64,000 nucleotides of DNA from Eubacteriales bacterium (GCA_045539595.1 JAZQFQ010000084.1:26316-90315), one strand, 5' to 3'. Numbered from the stretch's first letter, positions 25,175-34,096 are shown. The notes: a model not told the origin generated them from the letters alone. Numbers and translations are program-made.

Positions 25175-25773
25175 TGGATCTGATGAAATCTTTGATCGTC
25201 ATTTTGCTCTCCTCCGTTTTGGTGAATAACTACGTCCTCAGCCGTTTCCTCGGAATCTGCCCCTTTTTGGGCGTGTCCAAGAAGTTGGATCAGGCCACGG
25301 GCATGGGCATCTCCGTAACCGTCGTCATGCTGCTGGCCACCGCGGTCACATGGCCCATTCAGCATCTTCTGCTGGATCGGGTTGGTCTGGGCTATATGCA
25401 GACCATCATCTTTATTCTGGTCATCGCCGCTCTGGTGCAGATGCTGGAGCTGATCCTCAAGCGGTTTTTCCCGGCACTGCATAAGAATCTGGGCGTGTAT
25501 CTGCCTCTGATCACCACGAACTGCGCGGTATTGGGCGTGGCGATCAACAACATTACCGATGGCTACAGCTTTCTGGAATCTATTGTCAGCTCCCTCGGAT
25601 GCGGACTTGGATTCCTTCTGGCCATGGTGCTGTTCTCCGGCATGCGCTCCCGCATCGATGAAACCAATATTCCGAAGCCGTTCCGCGGCCTTGCCGTCAC
25701 TCTGATTGCCGCATCGTTTATTTCGCTGGCATTTATGGGATTCGCGGGCGTGGTGGACGCGCTGTTTGCGTAA
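25174..25773 (+). CDS. rnfA: Rnf complex subunit A
   Basis: TAATG overlap with rnfE; VLVNNYVLSRFLGICPFLGVS pattern. Confidence 0.93.
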   Translation: MDLMKSLIVILLSSVLVNNYVLSRFLGICPFLGVSKKLDQATGMGISVTVVMLLATAVTWPIQHLLLDRVGLGYMQTIIFILVIAALVQMLELILKRFFPALHKNLGVYLPLITTNCAVLGVAINNITDGYSFLESIVSSLGCGLGFLLAMVLFSGMRSRIDETNIPKPFRGLAVTLIAASFISLAFMGFAGVVDALFA

Positions 25774-25785
25774 AGGAGGTACGAT

Positions 25786-26607
25786 ATGGAAATTTTGATT
25801 GCTCTTGCTGTCGTTGCCTCTATTGCCTTGCTGGCCGGTGTGCTGCTGGCCGTGATCTCCCACTTTTTCGGTGTGGAGAAAAGCAAGGATCTGAAGGAAA
25901 TCAGTGCCTGCCTGCCCGGCGTCAACTGCGGCGCCTGCGGCTATAAAGGCTGCGATGATTATGCCGCTGCTCTGGCGAAAGGGGAAGCACAGCCGAACCG
26001 CTGTATCCCTGGTGCGGAGACTACCGCTCGGGCGCTGAGCGAGCTTCTGGGCATGGAGATTGAGAAGCCCAAGGATGTGGTGGCGTTTGTGCACTGCGAC
26101 GGCTATTGCGAGGCGGCCAGCATGAAGGCCCGTTATGAGGGAATGAAGAGCTGCCGATCCGCCGCCATGGTGTATGGCGGTCCCAAATCCTGCCGCTTCG
26201 GCTGTCTGGGATTTGGCGAGTGTGCCGCTGTTTGCCCCGCCGGAGCCATCTGCATGAAGGACGGCATCGCACATATCGATTTCGAGCGCTGTATCGGATG
26301 CGGACTGTGCCAGAGCATTTGTCCGAAGAAGATCATCTCTATGGTGCCCCGTACATCCCCCGTTGTAGTCATGTGCAGCAGCACGGACAAAGGAGCAGAG
26401 GCACGCCGTGTCTGCCAGAACGCCTGCATCGGATGCAAGAAATGTGAGCGGAGTTGTCCCCACGGCGCGATTACTGTTACGAATAATCTGGCCAAGATCG
26501 ATTATGATAAGTGTACGGGATGCGGCACCTGCGTGGACAGCTGTCCTACCGGATGTCTAAAAAACAGAGTGTCCCCTGTACCTTTCTGTGAATCCGAGGC
26601 AGAATAA
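25786..26607 (+). CDS. rnfB: Rnf complex subunit B
   Basis: N-terminal TM, CGACGYKGCDDYA, and several CxxCxxCxxxCP ferredoxin motifs. Confidence 0.93.
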   Translation: MEILIALAVVASIALLAGVLLAVISHFFGVEKSKDLKEISACLPGVNCGACGYKGCDDYAAALAKGEAQPNRCIPGAETTARALSELLGMEIEKPKDVVAFVHCDGYCEAASMKARYEGMKSCRSAAMVYGGPKSCRFGCLGFGECAAVCPAGAICMKDGIAHIDFERCIGCGLCQSICPKKIISMVPRTSPVVVMCSSTDKGAEARRVCQNACIGCKKCERSCPHGAITVTNNLAKIDYDKCTGCGTCVDSCPTGCLKNRVSPVPFCESEAE

Positions 26608-26610
26608 TTT

Positions 26611-27018
26611 ATGAATCGACCGAATCATGCCGCGCCCGACGGGCGCAGGCGGCGCAACGATTGGATTTTTGTCCTTTCCTTGCTTCTTGTTGTGTCCCTG
26701 GCGGGGGTGGCACTCTTCTTTCTGCGGGGCGAAGGGGATACCGTGATCGTCACCGTGGAGGGGGAAATCTATGGTACCTATCCGCTGGATCGGGACATTA
26801 CGGTGGAAATCCGCACGGGCGCTGAGGAGCAGAACCGCAATGTGCTTGTAATCCGGGAAGGGAAGGCCCGCGTGGAAGAAGCCACCTGCCCCGACGGCAT
26901 CTGCGCGGCTCACAAGCCCATCTCCCGGGAAGGGGAAAGCATCGTCTGTCTGCCTCACCGTGTGGTGATCACCGTCCATGCTGAGAACGGCGATCAGGAG
27001 CCGGACATCATCGCGTAA
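26611..27018 (+). CDS. NusG domain II-like small membrane-anchored protein
   Basis: Lies 3 nt after rnfB. TM followed by VIVTVEGEIYGTYPLD...CPDGICAAHKPISREGESIVCLPHRVVITV. Confidence 0.65.
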   Translation: MNRPNHAAPDGRRRRNDWIFVLSLLLVVSLAGVALFFLRGEGDTVIVTVEGEIYGTYPLDRDITVEIRTGAEEQNRNVLVIREGKARVEEATCPDGICAAHKPISREGESIVCLPHRVVITVHAENGDQEPDIIA

Positions 27019-27031
27019 AGGAGGAAGTGCC

Positions 27032-27535
27032 ATGCGACACACAAGCCGGAAATTGGCCTATCTGGGGCTGTGTACCGCCGTGGCGCTGATCCTTGCCTAT
27101 GTGGAAGTACTGCTTCCGCCGCTCACTTCCGCGGTGCCCGGCATCAAATTGGGCCTGCCCAACATCGCCATTATCTTTGTCTTATACCGATACGGTGTCC
27201 GCTATGCGGCCATGGTTTCCTTTGTGCGCATTGCGGTGGTGTCCATTCTGTTCGGCAATCCCATGACGTTTGCGTACAGCGCGGCGGGGGCCGCCCTCAG
27301 CCTGCTGGTCATGGCCATACTGCGGCGGATGGATGTTCTGTCCACCGTGGGCGTCAGCGTGGCGGGCGGGGTGTTCCACAACGTGGGACAGATTCTGATG
27401 GCCATGTGGCTGCTCGGCACGGCGGAGTTGGGATATTATCTGATTGTGCTGGCGATTACGGGAACCGTGTCGGGCATTTTTGTGGGATTGTGCGGCGGTA
27501 TGGCCGTAAAACGGATTCCCATGAGAAATATATAG
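27032..27535 (+). CDS. Gx transporter / heptaprenyl diphosphate synthase component I-like polytopic membrane protein
   Basis: AAGGAGG RBS. YVEVLLPPLTSAVPGIKLGLPNIAIIFVLY and GGVFHNVGQIL patterns. Confidence 0.6.
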   Translation: MRHTSRKLAYLGLCTAVALILAYVEVLLPPLTSAVPGIKLGLPNIAIIFVLYRYGVRYAAMVSFVRIAVVSILFGNPMTFAYSAAGAALSLLVMAILRRMDVLSTVGVSVAGGVFHNVGQILMAMWLLGTAELGYYLIVLAITGTVSGIFVGLCGGMAVKRIPMRNI

Positions 27536-27543
27536 CATCTGTG

Positions 27544-27572
27544 TTGACAAATCGTCCCTCATCGTGTATGAT
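27544..27572 (+). promoter_or_regulatory. Promoter for the tandem-domain lipoprotein gene
   Basis: TTGACA (27544-27549), 17-nt spacer, TATGAT (27567-27572). Confidence 0.5.
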
Positions 27573-27625
27573 TAGTGTGTGTGATTGATTTATTGTATAA
27601 ATTAAATGAATTTAGGAGAATTACC

Positions 27626-28624
27626 ATGAAAAAACTGCTTTGTGTACTGCTCAGCGCTCTCATGCTCCTCCCCGCGTTTGTATTTTCCGGCTGCGGCCAG
27701 GCGGAAACCTTGAAATTCGGTCTTGGCGTGTATACGGATGTATCGAAGGCATCCGATGCCAACGAAGACACCGCAGGTCAGGGTAAAGTGGCCATCACCG
27801 CCGCCGCTGTTACCGTAGATGCCGCCGGTAAGATCGTTGCCTGCGTGCTGGATACCGCCGATATTACCGTTTCCTATACCGCGGACGGTAAGGCTATCGC
27901 CAACGACGGCTTCAAGACCAAGTATGAGCAGGGTGCCGACTACAACATGAAAACCTACGGCGGTGCCGCCAAGGAATGGTTTGAGCAGGCCGATGCGTTT
28001 GCCGCCCTCGTTGCCGGCAAGACCCTGGACGAGGTAAAGGCACTGGTTGCTGCCGAGAACAAGGGTAACGAGGAAGTGATCAGCGCAGGCTGTACCATCA
28101 TGATCCACGAGTTCGTTCTCGCTATCGAGAAGGCGTACAACAACGCCGCCGCGTCCAATGCCACTGCCGATCACGCCCTGAAACTGGGTACGCATACCGA
28201 GCAGTCTACGGGGGATGCCACCGAGGACAAGGACGGACAGAACCAGATCGAGACTACCTTCTTTGCCGCCGCTGTGGATGCAGAGGGCAAGGTTGTGGCC
28301 GCTTCCAGCGAGTGCGTGCAGGTGAAATTCACCTTTGACGCCAAGGGTGCTTCCACCTATGACCTGAACAAGGCCGTGCTGGGCAAGAAAGAGGCCGGTG
28401 CGGGCTATAACATGAGCGCATACGGCACTGACCTGAACGGTGATGGCGTGGTGAAGGAATGGAATGAGCAGTCTGCTGCCTTTGATGCTGCCTGCATTGG
28501 CAAGAGTGCTGCTGAGATCGCGTCTCTCATGGGCGAGAACAACTACGGCAACGCCGATCTGCAGAGTGCAGGATGCACCATTCTGGTAAACGGACTGGTG
28601 AAGGCCGCTTCCAAAATCGGATAA
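27626..28624 (+). CDS. Lipoprotein with two tandem homologous domains (possible divergent FMN-binding-type domains)
   Basis: AGGAGA RBS. Lipobox LLPAFVFSGC. Domain 1 (about 27695-28160) and domain 2 (about 28180-28621) share AAAV..DA.GK.VA, G.GYNM..YG, KEW.EQ..AF and SAGCTI. Confidence 0.7.
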   Translation: MKKLLCVLLSALMLLPAFVFSGCGQAETLKFGLGVYTDVSKASDANEDTAGQGKVAITAAAVTVDAAGKIVACVLDTADITVSYTADGKAIANDGFKTKYEQGADYNMKTYGGAAKEWFEQADAFAALVAGKTLDEVKALVAAENKGNEEVISAGCTIMIHEFVLAIEKAYNNAAASNATADHALKLGTHTEQSTGDATEDKDGQNQIETTFFAAAVDAEGKVVAASSECVQVKFTFDAKGASTYDLNKAVLGKKEAGAGYNMSAYGTDLNGDGVVKEWNEQSAAFDAACIGKSAAEIASLMGENNYGNADLQSAGCTILVNGLVKAASKIG

Positions 28625-28635
28625 ATAAGCAAACG

Positions 28636-28663
28636 AAAATGGGAGGGCAACCTCCCATTTTTC
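28636..28663 (+). terminator. Rho-independent terminator between the lipoprotein gene and apbE
   Basis: ATGGGAGG-GCAA-CCTCCCAT followed by TTTTT. Confidence 0.7.
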
Positions 28664-28677
28664 ATTGGATGGTTTTT

Positions 28678-29727
28678 ATGAAAAAACGTTTTTTGCTCCT
28701 GTTTCTGGCGGGATGTCTGCTGTTGCTTGCGTTTCCGTCCTGCGAAAAGAAGCCCGATAAGTACACCACCTACTCCTTTGCGTATTTCGATACCGTGACT
28801 ACCATCGTGGGATACGCCGACAGCCAGGCGGAGTTCGATCGAATTGCGACGGATGTTCTGGCGGAGTTGGGTGAGTATCATAAGCTGTTCACCATTTATC
28901 ATCGGTACGAGGGGATGGAAAATCTCTGCACCGTCAATGAATGGGTGGACGGGGCCCACCGCACTGTCACCGTGGACCGAAGGATTATTGATATGCTGCT
29001 CTACGCGAAGGAGATGTACAAAAAGACCGATGGCCGGGTGAATATCGCCATGGGCAGTGTCTTGTCCATCTGGCACGAATACCGCACGGAAGGGATGGAT
29101 GCGCCCTGGTCGGCCAAACTTCCCCCGATGGATGCGCTGACGGAGGCGGCAGGGCACACGAATATCGACGATGTGATCATCGATGAGGCGGCGTCCACCG
29201 TCACTTTGCGGGATCCCCGTATGACATTGGATGTGGGGGCCATCGCCAAAGGCTATGCGGTGGAGATGGTGGCCCGATCCTTGGAGGAGAAGGGAATCAC
29301 GGGATACGTCCTCAACGTGGGCGGCAATGTCCGCACCGTGGGTGCCAAAGGGGACGGCGGCACGTGGACGGTGGGAATCGACAACCCCGCAGAGGACGCG
29401 GCGGATCCCTATTTTGCCTATCTGGCGCTGGCAGGGGAATCTCTCGTCACCAGCGGATCCTATCAGCGATACTACACCGTGGACGGCAAACGGTATCACC
29501 ACATCATTGATCCGGATACCCTGATGCCCGCCGAGGGCTATCTGTCCGTATCCGTGGTGTGCGGCAGTTCCGCCGACGGCGACGCGCTGTCCACCGCGCT
29601 GTTCTGCCTCTCCCCGGCGGAGGGGCTTGCCCTGATCGAATCCCTGCCCGACACGGAAGCCATGTGGGTGATGAGCGATGGAAGCCGACAGACCTCCAGC
29701 GGATTTCGTGAATATGAGACGGAGTGA
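28678..29727 (+). CDS. apbE: FAD:protein FMN transferase (ApbE family) lipoprotein
   Basis: Lipobox LLLAFPSC. FDTVTTIVGY, LDVGAIAKGYA and HHIIDPDT patterns typical of ApbE. Confidence 0.88.
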   Translation: MKKRFLLLFLAGCLLLLAFPSCEKKPDKYTTYSFAYFDTVTTIVGYADSQAEFDRIATDVLAELGEYHKLFTIYHRYEGMENLCTVNEWVDGAHRTVTVDRRIIDMLLYAKEMYKKTDGRVNIAMGSVLSIWHEYRTEGMDAPWSAKLPPMDALTEAAGHTNIDDVIIDEAASTVTLRDPRMTLDVGAIAKGYAVEMVARSLEEKGITGYVLNVGGNVRTVGAKGDGGTWTVGIDNPAEDAADPYFAYLALAGESLVTSGSYQRYYTVDGKRYHHIIDPDTLMPAEGYLSVSVVCGSSADGDALSTALFCLSPAEGLALIESLPDTEAMWVMSDGSRQTSSGFREYETE

Positions 29728-29731
29728 ATAC

Positions 29732-29761
29732 AAAACCGCAGGATGGCGCCTGCGGTTTTTT
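29732..29761 (+). terminator. Rho-independent terminator after apbE
   Basis: AAAACCGCAGG-ATGGCG-CCTGCGGTTTTTT. Confidence 0.8.
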
Positions 29762-29881
29762 GCGCCCATGGATCAACCATCGGTGGAGTAATATCCAAAC
29801 AGTTGTATATGGACACGGAAAAAGAGAACTGCTATAATAACAACAGAACCGGTTCAATAATAAAAATCAGAGGTAACATTT

Positions 29882-30640
29882 ATGTACAGCAAATTTTGTG
29901 AGACGATGAAAACTCTCCGTAAGCAGAGAGGATTGAATCAGGAACAGATGGCGGAAACCCTGGGTGTTTCCGCGCAGGCAGTCAGCAAATGGGAATGCGG
30001 CGGTTCCTTCCCGGATATTTCGCTTCTTCCCATCATTGCGGATTATTTCGGTGTGTCCGTGGACTATTTGTTGGGACACGATACAAGCAAGCGAGTGGAG
30101 AAAATCGAAAAAATCTGTCTGCAGGCAGAGGCACTGTTTCAGGAACAGAAGTATATGCAGGCCGTGTCCTTGCTTCGTGAGGCGCTGATTCAGCACCCGG
30201 GCAACGAAAAACTGATGTATTCCCTTGCCTGGGCGTTGTCCGGTACTCTGTGTGAATCTCCGGACAATTACGATGAAGCCATTCTTTTGTACCACAAGAT
30301 TCTGGAGATCAGCACAGACACCGCCATGCGAACCAAGGTGACAAGAGATTTGATGTATCGCTACTACACAAAGGAAGAATACGACAAGGCGTTGGCCTGT
30401 GCCCATGCTCTGCCGCCGTTCGCTGTGTGCCGCGAATACAATCTGGGACGGGGCAATTTATACGCAGGAAAACAGTTGGCGGAATACCTGCAGTCCAATA
30501 TTCACTTGTTCGGCGCGGCGATGATGGAATGTTTGGAATACTTTGTGGACGATCGGATTCTCACCGCCGAGGAGAAACAGCCGTACACCGTCGATTCCGC
30601 AAAGGAAAAAATGGAACTTTTGAAGCAGATTATGGCATAA
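29882..30640 (+). CDS. XRE family HTH regulator with TPR-like C-terminal domain
   Basis: LRKQRGLNQEQMAETLGVSAQAVSKWECG HTH followed by a helical repeat region. Confidence 0.8.
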   Translation: MYSKFCETMKTLRKQRGLNQEQMAETLGVSAQAVSKWECGGSFPDISLLPIIADYFGVSVDYLLGHDTSKRVEKIEKICLQAEALFQEQKYMQAVSLLREALIQHPGNEKLMYSLAWALSGTLCESPDNYDEAILLYHKILEISTDTAMRTKVTRDLMYRYYTKEEYDKALACAHALPPFAVCREYNLGRGNLYAGKQLAEYLQSNIHLFGAAMMECLEYFVDDRILTAEEKQPYTVDSAKEKMELLKQIMA

Positions 30641-30677
30641 GCAAAAAGCTGAACCCGGAAGGGTTCAGCTTTTTTGC
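30641..30677. terminator. Bidirectional terminator
   Basis: GCAAAAAGCTGAACCC-GGAA-GGGTTCAGCTTTTTTGC. Confidence 0.85.
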
Positions 30678-30678
30678 T

Positions 30679-31899
30679 TTATTCGTTCATCGCCTTTTCT
30701 ACTTCTTCGATGCGGCGGCTCAGCGGGGGATGGCTGTATTCCAGAACCACGTTGACGGGGGAGGGAGCCAGATGGGCGAAATTATCCTTGGCCAGCTTCT
30801 TCAGCGCCGTGACCATGGAGGCACCGTATCCTTCCTTTACCGCCTGCCGATCCGCGCGATACTCCGCTTTGCGGCTGTGGACATTCATCAGAATGCCCGT
30901 GAAGGGCTGTACCAGGCCGAGGAGGATACCCATCAGTACGTAAGCAAAGCCGTAGTTCACCTCGGCGAAGCCGAATGCGGTATGGAGTGCGGGATTCTGT
31001 ACGGTGGCATAGGCCACCACTGCCATCAGCACCAGATTGCCGAAGTTCATGATCTGCTGCTTGAGCACGTCTTTGTGCAGGCCGTGGCCCAATTCGTGGG
31101 CGAATACGGCGCAGATCTCGTCGGGTGTCATGGCATTCACCAGATTGTCAAAGAGCACGATGGTCTTCATCTTGCCAAGTCCTGTGAAATAGGCGTTCAG
31201 CTTGGTGGTGCGGCGGGAAGCGTCCATCACCTCGATGGCTTTGACCTGATAGCCGTGGCTTGTCAGCAGTTCCATCAAGCGATCCTTCAACTCACCCTCC
31301 TCCAGCGGCACAAACTTGTTGCCGATGCGGCTGAAGATCGGATACAGAAAGGAGATCACGAGCGTGAAGCAGAACACCGCGCCGGCGAACAGCACGATCA
31401 TCCAGTAGTTCATCCAATTATAGAACACAAGGACCATGCTGCTCAGAAACAGAGCCAGGGCGAATCCGAGAAGGGTGGAACGGATCCGGTCAAAGACAAA
31501 TGTCTTCATAGTGGATCGGTTAAAGCCGTATTTCTGCTCGATCACCATGGTGCTTATGTAGCTGCGTACGGTGTCCAGTACCGTGCCGACCGCCGTTTCC
31601 AAAAGGATCACGGCAATCATTTGCCAGTAGATGTTGGAGGGGAACAGCGCCGCAAAGGCGGCATAGACATCGGTGTAAAGCAGGACCAGGGTGATGAGAG
31701 TGGTCACGACGGTGGACCAAAGTCCCAGACGGCAATGCTCCGCGCTGTAGCGCTTCCATGTCCGGTAGGTTTCCGCATCGTACACATCCGCCACGTTGGC
31801 CGGTGTGGGATTGTTTGCGGATCGGTAGCGCACAATCTCCAAGACCACAGAATAGATGCCGCTGATCAGGGCAAGAAGCAGAATCGTAATTCTCATCAT
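30679..31899 (-). CDS. M48 family (Ste24/HtpX-like) membrane metalloprotease
   Basis: GGAGGAA RBS. Polytopic N-terminus. FAHELGHGLHKD HExxH motif. Confidence 0.85.
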   Translation of the reverse strand: MMRITILLLALISGIYSVVLEIVRYRSANNPTPANVADVYDAETYRTWKRYSAEHCRLGLWSTVVTTLITLVLLYTDVYAAFAALFPSNIYWQMIAVILLETAVGTVLDTVRSYISTMVIEQKYGFNRSTMKTFVFDRIRSTLLGFALALFLSSMVLVFYNWMNYWMIVLFAGAVFCFTLVISFLYPIFSRIGNKFVPLEEGELKDRLMELLTSHGYQVKAIEVMDASRRTTKLNAYFTGLGKMKTIVLFDNLVNAMTPDEICAVFAHELGHGLHKDVLKQQIMNFGNLVLMAVVAYATVQNPALHTAFGFAEVNYGFAYVLMGILLGLVQPFTGILMNVHSRKAEYRADRQAVKEGYGASMVTALKKLAKDNFAHLAPSPVNVVLEYSHPPLSRRIEEVEKAMNE

Positions 31900-31925
31900 A
31901 AATCATTCCTCCGAGGATGTAAATA

Positions 31926-31961
31926 TCAAAAAACTGCGGTATGACTAATCATACCACAGTT
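31926..31961 (-). terminator. Terminator-like hairpin downstream of the five-gene small-protein operon
   Basis: On the minus strand: AACTGTGGTATGA-TTAG-TCATACCGCAGTT followed by TTTTTT. Confidence 0.6.
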
Positions 31962-32037
31962 TTGGAAATCATACAAGCGAAAATGACGGAAAATCGCAAT
32001 TTTGCTGGGAAATGTCATCGAGAGACTCCCCGAGCAA

Positions 32038-32553
32038 TCACGAATCGTCCTGCGAGGTGATTCGCTGCAATACACCTTGTATCTGGGCGATGCTCCGCTC
32101 CATATCCCGCGCCACCGAATCCAGTGCGGGATGGCTTGCGCTCTCGCACTTTACAATCCCCTGGAACGTGTTCAGTCCCGCCAAAATACCGCTCAGAATA
32201 TGCTCGCAGGTGCATGTTCCCTCATGCAGGATGATGTCATGGCGCAGAAAATGCAGGGATACTTCTGTATTCGATGGTTTTGTGATCTCTATCCGGTACG
32301 GCCCGTCCATGAAATACAGTGTTCTCTTTGTCAGGACGGATTGACCGCGGACAATTTCAGCGACCCACATCATCAGTACGTCGTATGTCAAATCGGTCCA
32401 TTGTGAATCGGGGAAACAGTAATTATTCAATTTTACATAAAATACAGTGGACAGGGAGGTATCGGACAGGGGAATATCCTGCTCAATGATAAGCTGAAAA
32501 GGGCTTTCATCTTTTCCGGTCTTCCCGGGGAAAAGAGATTTCGCTTGCCTCAT
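32038..32553 (-). CDS. Hypothetical protein (gene E of the small-protein operon, 171 aa)
   Basis: Continuous ORF. ATG at 32553 with GGAG 10 nt upstream; the GTG at 32559 is an alternative start. No recognised motif. Confidence 0.55.
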   Translation of the reverse strand: MRQAKSLFPGKTGKDESPFQLIIEQDIPLSDTSLSTVFYVKLNNYCFPDSQWTDLTYDVLMMWVAEIVRGQSVLTKRTLYFMDGPYRIEITKPSNTEVSLHFLRHDIILHEGTCTCEHILSGILAGLNTFQGIVKCESASHPALDSVARDMERSIAQIQGVLQRITSQDDS

Positions 32554-32560
32554 ACACACA

Positions 32561-33034
32561 TCACTCCGTTGTATCCTTGTTTTCCAAATCGCTTGTCAGA
32601 ATATATTTGGGGGATTTTCCTATTCCAAATACCGCCTCATGTCGTACCGGATAGAGAATATCCCAGCCGGAAACGGTATATTCCACGATTGGCTGCCGCA
32701 TTTCCTCGGAATAGTATTCGCGGCGGCTTTCCACATAGAAGACGAACGTGTTGTCCGCCATGGCAAAATCATAGTGGAGCGGCAATTCCCGGAAGGGATC
32801 CGCACCCACAATGCGGCAAAACTCCCCGTCATTGCCTATCTCGCCCGCATCCGTTACGTGCCAATCAAAGCCGGTGGTCCTGGCTCTTTGGCATAGGATA
32901 TACTCACCGCTCACAGAACTCTTTTTTACCGCTTCCTTTACGATCTGCTCCGGCGGCACACAGTATTCCCGCACAGTCAAAAGCAGTACCAAGGCGGCCA
33001 GTATGGCGAGGAAAATGTATGTTTTTTTCTTCAT
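32561..33034 (-). CDS. Hypothetical membrane-anchored or secreted protein (gene D, 157 aa)
   Basis: N-terminal MKKKTYIFLAILAALVLLLTV signal/anchor. The stop abuts gene E. Confidence 0.6.
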   Translation of the reverse strand: MKKKTYIFLAILAALVLLLTVREYCVPPEQIVKEAVKKSSVSGEYILCQRARTTGFDWHVTDAGEIGNDGEFCRIVGADPFRELPLHYDFAMADNTFVFYVESRREYYSEEMRQPIVEYTVSGWDILYPVRHEAVFGIGKSPKYILTSDLENKDTTE

Positions 33035-33076
33035 AGGTTGCTAGCCTCTTTGAGAATGAAGTCATTTTATAGTATC

Positions 33077-33514
33077 TCAAAATTCGCTGAATTCGATGGA
33101 TTCGACGGTGACGCCGTGTTCCACCAATTTTCCTACCAGATGTTTCATGTACCAATTCACATCGGTCATTCCGATCCGATGGGAATCTCCCAGCGTAACA
33201 CGGTTTATGGACAGCAAAAAAACGACTGTATGCACGTTCTCTGCGGACAGCGAGACACCGATATTCTCTTTTGTAAACAGATGGATGCCTACGGGTTCGT
33301 GCAGTGCTTCTTTTTGCACAACAAGATCCATCACCGCCGCGTCATCCATCACTCGAATCTGCCAATCGCATCGATCCTCGTCGTGAAGCGGAAGATATTC
33401 CACCTTGCCTTCGCTGTTGCACCACGACCATCCGCATCTTTTCAAGGCAGTAAGCAGATCCCACAGGGAAGAGACGCCGTGTATTCCAAGATCCAAAGAA
33501 ACCTGTAAAGACAT
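33077..33514 (-). CDS. Hypothetical protein (gene C, 145 aa from the preferred start)
   Basis: GGAGGG RBS before ATG 33514. An alternative ATG at 33538 overlaps the gene B stop (ATGA). Confidence 0.55.
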   Translation of the reverse strand: MSLQVSLDLGIHGVSSLWDLLTALKRCGWSWCNSEGKVEYLPLHDEDRCDWQIRVMDDAAVMDLVVQKEALHEPVGIHLFTKENIGVSLSAENVHTVVFLLSINRVTLGDSHRIGMTDVNWYMKHLVGKLVEHGVTVESIEFSEF

Positions 33515-33534
33515 AATCGTATACCCTCCATCGA

Positions 33535-33774
33535 TCATTCATATAGTTTTCCCACATACAGGATTCTGGCTGTGTTTTGCAGAGCCGTCGGGCTTTCCAT
33601 GGCAGGATCCCGGCAGTCCCCGAGCCATGCCGCCATCGCGTCCAGATAGGTGGGGATATCCGTATTTCCCCACTGATCGCGATTTGTAAGAAAATCCTGT
33701 TTCAAGGAGAGGATATACTCTGCAAGATCTTCTTTCGTCTGTATGGAGTCTATGTTTGTCAGTGATTTAATCAT
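33535..33774 (-). CDS. Hypothetical small protein (gene B, 79 aa)
   Basis: GAGGAGAG RBS. The start overlaps the end of gene A. DQWGNTDIPTYLDAMAAWL motif, unassigned. Confidence 0.55.
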   Translation of the reverse strand: MIKSLTNIDSIQTKEDLAEYILSLKQDFLTNRDQWGNTDIPTYLDAMAAWLGDCRDPAMESPTALQNTARILYVGKLYE

Positions 33775-34096
33775 CAAGTCCGCTCTCCTCTACATTTTTA
33801 TATTCTTTGTGTAGTGTGACCAGCTTATCATATAAATCGGTGGTTTGGCCTATATCCATATTCCAACACCATTCCTTGAAAGCGTATGCGAAAGAATTCA
33901 GAAACCGTTTTTCTTTTGGTGGAAGGGTGGCGGGAGTCAGGGCAAGCAGCGCATCCATTTCCGGGAGGATGATCTCTTCCAGCTGTTCAATGTTGCTTTC
34001 ACCCGGAACACCGGCTTTTCGCTTTTCCAATTCCAGCAAGCATTGCAGTCGGAATTCGTTCACATGTTCTATAAATGTGTCAAAAGGCACAGTCAT
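33767..34096 (-). CDS. Hypothetical small protein (gene A, 109 aa)
   Basis: Strong GGAGGTGG RBS before ATG 34096. The longer ORF to 34168 would run into the divergent promoter. Confidence 0.55.
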   Translation of the reverse strand: MTVPFDTFIEHVNEFRLQCLLELEKRKAGVPGESNIEQLEEIILPEMDALLALTPATLPPKEKRFLNSFAYAFKEWCWNMDIGQTTDLYDKLVTLHKEYKNVEESGLDD

